Below, piece after piece: positions 5,202 through 10,722 of a stretch of DNA of 10,722 nucleotides (within the stretch, counting starts at the first letter, position 1; every line of letters starts with the position of its first letter). Made by a program: the position numbers and the translations under genes. The stretch lies in NCBI GenBank assembly GCA_937899865.1, contig CALBRH010000043.1, positions 1 to 10,722 on the forward strand, in the 5' to 3' direction. Origin of the DNA: an uncultured euryarchaeote (GTDB lineage: Archaea; Thermoplasmatota; Poseidoniia; Poseidoniales; Poseidoniaceae). Below the pieces are notes generated by a model, which was not told the DNA's origin, searched no databases, and was given only the letters and a program-made list of their open reading frames with translations.

Positions 5202-7913
5202 TCATTCAAATGAACCAGGTGGAGGAGGGGTATTCGGCCTATCAAATTCACTATCAGTGGCCTTGTTTAGCATCATTTCATCACTTTCTACAAGCCATTT
5301 TTCTGAATCATTATGATTATTCCGATTTTGCAAGAAAACAAATATTGCAATAACTGCAAATCCGGCGAATAATATAACTCTATACATCAAGTCAATCCAA
5401 CTATCCATCTTTTCATTATTTGGAAACGTGTCATAGTAATTCGCTACACCATCTCCATCACTATCGTATTTGGCTTTGGAATCATAAGGAAATAGATCTG
5501 AATTATCTCCCAATCCATCGCCATCTATATCACTCCATTCTGCCCTATCGTCTGGGAATACATCTCTATTATCTCCAACACCATCGACATCTCGATCAAA
5601 ACATTCTTTGGGATCTAAAGGCCAAACATCCTGGTTATCGCCACATCCATCAGCATCACTATCAAGCCATTCTGTTGGATCAAAGGGAAATGCATCAGAA
5701 TTATCGCCAACTGTATCCCCGTCTGAATCATTCCATTCAGATGGGTCACTGGGGAATACATCGGAATTATCGCCATATGTATCATTATCAAAGTCACTCC
5801 ACTCCAATGGATCTAACGGAAAGACATCGGAATTATCGCCATATCCATCGCTATCTGAGTCGGCCCAATCATCAATGTCGTCAGGAAATAAATCTGTAGC
5901 ATCTGAAAAACCATCTCCATCCCTATCTGGGCAGCCTTCTGGAGAAATAGACAAACCAAACTTAGTAGGACAGGCATCCCGATTGTCGCCAAATCCATCA
6001 TCGTCATAATCATACCATTCTGTGACATCATTGGGAAATTTATCGTAATTATCGCCATAACCATCACCGTCTGAATCGACACATTCTGTCTCGTCATAAG
6101 GGAAATCATCGGAATTATCACCGCATCCATCAGCATCACTATCAAGCCACTCAGTAGGATCAAGAGGGAATTTATCGATACCATCGATGATTCCATCACC
6201 ATCAGTATCCTCATCATAAACATCGGTTCCTATTTCATACTCATCGACATTATCCAATAGATCTCCATCAATATCTGCATCTTCTGAATCAGCACAGCCA
6301 TCATTGTCAATATCACTAGAATGGCTGCCGATTTGCCCTCTTGGACAATTATCATCTTCATCTAAAACCAAGTCATTGTCGTCATCCAAATCAACATCAT
6401 CAGTACAACCATCTGAATCATGGTCATTTGTTGAATTACTAAATGGACAAGGGTCAATAGCATCATTCAGCCCATCATCATCGGAATCTCTCTGTTCAGC
6501 AGAACAACCTTCGTCATCAACTATGGCACCGATTTGAGTGTTTGGACAAATGTCGTTACCGTTGTTAACTTGATCTTGGTCATCATCTAATTGTTCCCAA
6601 GAGCATCCATCACTGTTAGAGGCGTGATAATTTTCAGTCCATTCACACAAATCGAGAGTGTCGATTATTCCATCACCATCTGTATCTGCTGTACCGATTG
6701 ACTGTTTAGCAAAAAATGAGATGAATTCATGCATGACTCTTGTTGGATGTGCTTTGTCAAAAAACAAGTATTCATCCGGATTTTGCGCAACTGTGGAGTC
6801 ACTATTGCATATCGGTAATGGCAATAGTGTTGAAGCTCCACTACAGGCTGAATCTTGAGTATTAGTAATTCCCAAAGCCAAACTATTATCAACAATATCA
6901 TTGAATAATGACCATGCATCAATATAATGAACTGTAATCGATAATTCAGCACGTAAATTAATGATTAAATTAGCCAGTTTATTGTTGTATGAAACTACCT
7001 CTGATGCGATACTATTTTGCTGGCTTTGACTTCTACTAAGTATCTCTGGGGTTTTCTCTAATGGGGGAAGATTTGGAATGATAAACTCCCTTGCACCTGC
7101 AGCCTCAAGTTGTCTAATATGTGATTCCATATTGGCAACAATAGTATCTGAATTAGCCGTGCCGTACAAGAAATCATTTCCTCCTGCCCATAATGATACT
7201 ACCTCATCTGATGCAATATTGGATTGAACATTAGCCAAATAATTTGAGATTTGAGTTCCTACATTTGGTAGAAGAATATAAGAAAATCCTTGACCTGTTT
7301 GAGAGCCCCCAAAAGCACGGTTATCTCCCTGTTCACTAAGTGAACCAACTGTTGTTGTAACTCCATAGGCTTCTGAAACATATTCAATCCAAACTGGGCC
7401 GTTAGAAAATCTACCTTGCCAATAAGGTGGCACATCTGGCACATTGAGAATACTATCCTTGGCATTCCCCATATCACTAAGTGAATCACCAAATGCGAGT
7501 AAGTTAGAAATTTGAGGCATCATAGTATTTTGAAACATCATGAATGAAATCTCATCAGTTGCAACAATTACATCCGTTGAATCAACTATTGAGATACTGA
7601 AAAAATAAAAATTAGATGAATCAAAGAAATGCTTTATTGGTAGACTAAATTGATTACTAGGACCTAGAGATTGAAATTCTAAACTACCCGTATAGACAAC
7701 ATTTCCCTGCAAGTTTGAAACTGAATATTCTGCAGTATATTGTTGATTAAAGGGTGCATTTGTTACTTCAACATTCAATCCCACAGTTTCATTGGATAGC
7801 CAATCATATTTGGTAATTGTAATCTCTGCTTGTATAGAATTAGCGCTAGTTGAAGATGCAAGTGGTAAGGATGCGATGACCAACAGCAAAACTAATGCTG
7901 GTGCTATCCGCAT
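5202..7913 (-). CDS. Secreted, membrane-anchored SGNH/GDSL lipase-esterase with an N-terminal beta-rich domain and a thrombospondin type 3-like Ca-binding repeat stalk
   Basis: Signal peptide MRIAPALVLLLVIASLPLASS. SGNH blocks: AFGDSLSD (Ser 7482-7484), GRFSNGPVW, NRAFGG, WAGGND, FFDKAHPT (Asp 6756-6758, His 6747-6749). DxDxDG repeats at 5400-6686, C-terminal TM (VILFAGFAVIAIFVFL), tail ending PPPPGSFE. ATG 7913 is preferred over 7973 because it puts the signal peptide at the N-terminus and avoids overlap with the cyclophilin. Confidence 0.9.
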   Translation of the reverse strand: MRIAPALVLLLVIASLPLASSTSANSIQAEITITKYDWLSNETVGLNVEVTNAPFNQQYTAEYSVSNLQGNVVYTGSLEFQSLGPSNQFSLPIKHFFDSSNFYFFSISIVDSTDVIVATDEISFMMFQNTMMPQISNLLAFGDSLSDMGNAKDSILNVPDVPPYWQGRFSNGPVWIEYVSEAYGVTTTVGSLSEQGDNRAFGGSQTGQGFSYILLPNVGTQISNYLANVQSNIASDEVVSLWAGGNDFLYGTANSDTIVANMESHIRQLEAAGAREFIIPNLPPLEKTPEILSRSQSQQNSIASEVVSYNNKLANLIINLRAELSITVHYIDAWSLFNDIVDNSLALGITNTQDSACSGASTLLPLPICNSDSTVAQNPDEYLFFDKAHPTRVMHEFISFFAKQSIGTADTDGDGIIDTLDLCEWTENYHASNSDGCSWEQLDDDQDQVNNGNDICPNTQIGAIVDDEGCSAEQRDSDDDGLNDAIDPCPFSNSTNDHDSDGCTDDVDLDDDNDLVLDEDDNCPRGQIGSHSSDIDNDGCADSEDADIDGDLLDNVDEYEIGTDVYDEDTDGDGIIDGIDKFPLDPTEWLDSDADGCGDNSDDFPYDETECVDSDGDGYGDNYDKFPNDVTEWYDYDDDGFGDNRDACPTKFGLSISPEGCPDRDGDGFSDATDLFPDDIDDWADSDSDGYGDNSDVFPLDPLEWSDFDNDTYGDNSDVFPSDPSEWNDSDGDTVGDNSDAFPFDPTEWLDSDADGCGDNQDVWPLDPKECFDRDVDGVGDNRDVFPDDRAEWSDIDGDGLGDNSDLFPYDSKAKYDSDGDGVANYYDTFPNNEKMDSWIDLMYRVILFAGFAVIAIFVFLQNRNNHNDSEKWLVESDEMMLNKATDSEFDRPNTPPPPGSFE
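5400..6209 (-). repeat. Twelve in-frame tandem repeats of a 22-aa (66-bp) unit, consensus DSDGDGxGDNSDxFPxDPxEWx (TSP3-like)
   Basis: Units read directly, e.g. DSDSDGYGDNSDVFPLDPLEWS, DFDNDTYGDNSDVFPSDPSEWN, DSDGDTVGDNSDAFPFDPTEWL. One unit is 28 aa (…DACPTKFGLSISPEGCP). An identical 21-mer acatcggaattatcgccatat occurs at 5758 and 5824, 66 bp apart. Confidence 0.93.
6210..6686 (-). repeat. Irregular Cys-containing TSP3-like repeats (DxDxDGxxDxxDxCP) between the SGNH domain and the 22-aa array
   Basis: DTDGDGIIDTLDLC, DDDQDQVNNGNDICP, DSDDDGLNDAIDPCP, DDDNDLVLDEDDNCP, DIDNDGCADSEDAD. Confidence 0.85.
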
Positions 7914-7962
7914 GTTATCTCTATTTATTACAAAGTTGAAAGAGATATTGTTCCTAAGAAAA

Positions 7963-8925
7963 TTAATCTTCATTGATTAACATAGCATCATAGGTGACTA
8001 TAGTGTCTTGATTAAGTGTTTTTGGTGGGTCTATTCTAGCAATAAACAACAAAATTAGTCCTAGCAAAATTAGAGCTGAATAACTCAATACTTTGCCAGA
8101 TAGAAACGGTTCCGAATCTTCTGTTGCTACTCCAAACCGAATTGAGCCATCTGGATCTGCTACACCAAGCATTGTCATTGAATCGATATGTACTTCACGA
8201 ATAGGACGTCCAAGCAAATCTGGTCCAGGATTTTGAACTCCTTGATCACTACCTGGATTTGTTACTGTTGGAGTGCTTGCAATATCACGAACATGGGTCA
8301 TTCCATCTCTAACAATACCAAAAACTGCGTATCCTCCATCATCCCTATTCTCCGGGTCTAGACCATGTTGTTCGTTATCGGTAATGTACCATTGCGAATC
8401 AGCAGAATCTTCCTCTGCACCTCTTGCCATACCCATTGCGCCATCAACATGTGATAAATTGACATGATGTTCAAGCGGTATAGTTTCTCCAGTTCCTCCA
8501 CCGCTACATTGTGGTGAAGTAATTGGATATGTTCCAATGACTTTGCATTCAGGGTCTCCAGATTGAATAACAAAATCATTGACTACTCGATGGAAGAAAA
8601 CTCCATCATAGATACCCGCCTCAATATGTTGAATTATGTTACTAGTGGTTATAGGCGCCCATTCTTCAAACAATTCAATGGTAATTCTACCCGATGTTTC
8701 TGATGATGTTAAGCCAGTGTGATATGTTATATCGATAACAAGTACTGCATTGCCTTGGTAAGAACTATTCATAGGAGTATCTTCCTCAACTGGACCATCT
8801 GTCCACAATGTAGGGTCTAGACCATTAGACCGCCAAGAAGGTTCATCATCAAGACCTGAAACATTTGCTGGAACAAGAACTAGCATGAAATTGAGAACCA
8901 ACATTAACGCAATTCGTCCTCGCAT
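7963..8925 (-). CDS. Cyclophilin-type peptidyl-prolyl cis-trans isomerase, exported and C-terminally membrane-anchored
   Basis: ITIELFEEWAPITT, YDGVFFHRVVNDFVIQSGDP (catalytic Arg 8587-8589), GAMGMAR, DSADSQWYI, GYAVFGIV. N-terminal signal (MRGRIALMLVLNFMLVLVPA) and C-terminal TM (VLSYSALILLGLILLFIA). Confidence 0.93.
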   Translation of the reverse strand: MRGRIALMLVLNFMLVLVPANVSGLDDEPSWRSNGLDPTLWTDGPVEEDTPMNSSYQGNAVLVIDITYHTGLTSSETSGRITIELFEEWAPITTSNIIQHIEAGIYDGVFFHRVVNDFVIQSGDPECKVIGTYPITSPQCSGGGTGETIPLEHHVNLSHVDGAMGMARGAEEDSADSQWYITDNEQHGLDPENRDDGGYAVFGIVRDGMTHVRDIASTPTVTNPGSDQGVQNPGPDLLGRPIREVHIDSMTMLGVADPDGSIRFGVATEDSEPFLSGKVLSYSALILLGLILLFIARIDPPKTLNQDTIVTYDAMLINED

Positions 8926-8945
8926 GTCATTTCCAAAACTATCTC

Positions 8946-8985
8946 ACTCATGAATAATTCTACATCGAAGCGTCATACTCATGAG
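8946..8985. promoter_or_regulatory. Divergent promoter region with ACTCATGA repeated twice (31 bp apart)
   Basis: ACTCATGA at 8946-8953 and 8977-8984. The second copy forms a perfect palindrome CTCATGAG (8978-8985). An AT-rich AATAATT lies between them. Each copy is about 23-29 nt upstream of one of the two divergent start codons. Confidence 0.35.
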
Positions 8986-9007
8986 CAAGTAGTTATTGGG
9001 TAGGGTT

Positions 9008-10722
9008 ATGGCCGCGGACACCTCGTTGATTGAGGAAGACGTCTTGGTTGCTGAAATTGTCGAAGTTTTACCGAATGGAAGTCGCAGAGAGTTGAATATC
9101 TCAATGATTTCAACTATTGCGGTTTCAATAGTGTTTTTATTGATGGCAATGTCATTTGGTAAAACGATTATTCATGATTCTAATCAAGAGGGTTCATTTT
9201 CTGGAGAATGGTGGGAAACTCCATTGCATCAGCGTCACAAAATGGATTTGCCAATGGACTTGATGCGCGCCCAATTACCCGAAAATGGCACTCTTGAAGT
9301 AAAGCCATACACGGAACATTTCATCGAGGTTGAACTGCCGTTAGAAGAGCAAGATGCTGGCACTCCAGGAGATGATTTAATGCACGTTGCTCTTTGGCTG
9401 CCTGATGTTGAAGAAGGAGTTAAAGTACCAGTAATTATGACAATACACCCTTACTATGACTTTGGTGGAGAAGGTATTCTTGGAGAAGATTCTTCACCAA
9501 ATACTGTTCCAGATGGTGGTGTTGGAAAATGGGTTTACGATACCTTTGTTCCTCACGGCTACGCACTAGCCCAAGCCTCAACCTTTGGTACTGGTCAGTC
9601 TACTCACTGTCAAGACGTCAAAGGTTTAGGTGAACAAATTGGTATACAAGCGGTGGTTGAATGGCTTGGTCAACAAGAATGGTCAAATGGTAATGTTGGA
9701 CTAATGGGTAAGTCATATGCTGGAACTACTAACTGGGAGGCAGCACAAAATCCTTCAGAACATCTCAAAACAATAGTACCAATCTCTGGCTCGATAGGTG
9801 TTCAAGAGATGTTCTATCGCAATGGTTCATCTGAAAGCAGAGCTATGGTATACGATGCACTGTATGAAGGTGCGACCGCTGATGCAACATTTGATGATAC
9901 CAGAATGTGCACTGATGATATTATCGGGCCATTAAATCCACTAACAACTTGGGCTGGAGCAGAATTCGGTGGCTCTAAGTGGAGCAAATACTGGGAAGAA
10001 CGCCGCCATTTACCAGATGTCTTAGAAAATTACCGAGGTAGTGTTTACTTGGTTTGGGGATTACAAGATTGGAATGTTGATCCATATCATGCATTCCCAA
10101 CTTATCAAATGATGATTGACGCTGGAATTAATGCCCGGGCGATTGCGGGTCAATGGGCTCATAATTATCCAGATCAACCAGATAGACACTCTGAATTAAG
10201 CTCTGGCTACGGTAAAGAAGCCTATCCAAATATGAGCAGAATGGATTGGGCTGTTGAACTGTTTGGTTGGTTTAATTATTATCTCAAAGATATTGGCGAT
10301 GAGCCTGAACCTATGGTTCAAATTCAAACCAATGATGGACGTTGGCATGTCGAAGAAACTTGGCCTCCTGAAGACATGACGTGGGATTTACAAGATATTG
10401 GTACTAATTGGTTAATTACCGGAAGTTCAGTAAATGGTTTTGGCTCATCAGTTACTTTAGTCAGTGAAGAATTATCTGAATTAACCCATATATCTGGCTT
10501 GCCTACTTTACATTTAGATGTAACAACACAAAGTTGTCAAGGTGGTCAGATTTTCGCAACCTTATATGATAATACTGATAATTTAAGATTAGGTCATGCC
10601 ACAATGGATGTTCGCTATCGTGATGGAGGATATGATGCTAAAGCAACTGCTCCTTTTACCTCATATACTATGCTAATGGAGTTTAATCCTCTTGACGTTG
10701 TAGTTCCTGCTGGACATACACT
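9008..10722 (+). CDS. CocE/NonD / peptidase S15 (Xaa-Pro dipeptidyl-peptidase-like) alpha/beta hydrolase with an N-terminal membrane anchor; 3'-truncated by the window edge
   Basis: Not in the ORF track. I translated it by hand from ATG 9008 and found no stop to the end of the window (571 complete codons, MAADTSLIEEDVLVAEIVE…VVVPAGHT). Nucleophile GKSYAG (Ser 9713-9715), acid GLQDWNV (Asp 10067-10069), His in GQWAH (10160-10162); also VPVIMTIHPY and GYALAQASTFGTGQS. TM ISMISTIAVSIVFLLMAMSF. Confidence 0.9.
   Translation, partial: MAADTSLIEEDVLVAEIVEVLPNGSRRELNISMISTIAVSIVFLLMAMSFGKTIIHDSNQEGSFSGEWWETPLHQRHKMDLPMDLMRAQLPENGTLEVKPYTEHFIEVELPLEEQDAGTPGDDLMHVALWLPDVEEGVKVPVIMTIHPYYDFGGEGILGEDSSPNTVPDGGVGKWVYDTFVPHGYALAQASTFGTGQSTHCQDVKGLGEQIGIQAVVEWLGQQEWSNGNVGLMGKSYAGTTNWEAAQNPSEHLKTIVPISGSIGVQEMFYRNGSSESRAMVYDALYEGATADATFDDTRMCTDDIIGPLNPLTTWAGAEFGGSKWSKYWEERRHLPDVLENYRGSVYLVWGLQDWNVDPYHAFPTYQMMIDAGINARAIAGQWAHNYPDQPDRHSELSSGYGKEAYPNMSRMDWAVELFGWFNYYLKDIGDEPEPMVQIQTNDGRWHVEETWPPEDMTWDLQDIGTNWLITGSSVNGFGSSVTLVSEELSELTHISGLPTLHLDVTTQSCQGGQIFATLYDNTDNLRLGHATMDVRYRDGGYDAKATAPFTSYTMLMEFNPLDVVVPAGHT

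Noticed and set aside
5420-5899. His-rich 159-aa ORF that could be mistaken for a metal-binding protein
   Set aside because: It is the antisense shadow of the Asp-rich repeat: GAT codons read as CAT/ATC/TCA on the other strand, giving His-, Ile- and Ser-rich frames.
5400-6209. 66-bp periodicity resembling a CRISPR repeat-spacer period
   Set aside because: The units are in-frame, degenerate at synonymous sites and encode a protein repeat. There is no invariant repeat with unique spacers and no cas genes.
5608-6537. Ser-rich or Met/Ile-rich ORFs (5608..6009, 5615..5797, 5813..6223, 6304..6537)
   Set aside because: Alternative-frame or antisense by-products of the same low-complexity Asp/Gly repeat, fully nested in the SGNH gene.
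7914-7973. Apparent 11-nt overlap of the SGNH ORF start with the cyclophilin end
   Set aside because: The extra 20 N-terminal residues precede an obvious signal peptide starting at ATG 7913, so the real gap is 49 bp.
593-8579. Other short ORFs (593..790, 1447..1680, 3292..3495, 6658..6858, 6665..6952, 7259..7492, 7792..7980, 8273..8467, 8358..8579)
   Set aside because: All are 60-95 aa, lie within or largely overlap longer well-supported CDSs, and have no recognisable motifs.
8950-9003. 17-aa mini-ORF (MNNSTSKRHTHEQVVIG) upstream of the S15 gene
   Set aside because: No RBS, attenuator hairpin or amino-acid run. Its ATG is simply part of the TCATGA motif.
1-10722. tRNA/rRNA, IS elements, integrases, defence genes
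   Set aside because: Essentially all bases are coding. I saw no cloverleaf, terminal inverted repeats, or transposase, integrase or defence motifs.

Overview
AT-rich, gene-dense archaeal-type window with six real CDSs and almost no intergenic DNA. The gene mix (bacterial-type UvrC, Taw2/TYW2, and several acidic single-pass membrane proteins with TSP3-like Asp repeats and Pro-rich tails) suggests Marine Group II archaea (Poseidoniales); this is inference, not a database result. In order: 3' part of uvrC (+); a ~1040-aa uncharacterised surface protein with three degenerate internal domains (-); a Taw2/TYW2-type tRNA enzyme (+); a membrane-anchored SGNH/GDSL hydrolase on a TSP3-like repeat stalk (-); a membrane-anchored cyclophilin (-); and a PepX/CocE (S15) serine hydrolase (+) that runs off the window and is missing from the ORF track. 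I saw no RNA genes, mobile elements or CRISPR. The most interesting signals are the triple-domain surface protein, a DSEF...PPP...F[DE]-stop tail shared by two unrelated membrane proteins, a Cys/Cys covariation within the 22-aa repeat, a PPIase / X-Pro peptidase / Pro-repeat enzyme cluster, and a TCATGA palindrome at the TATA-box position of three genes.
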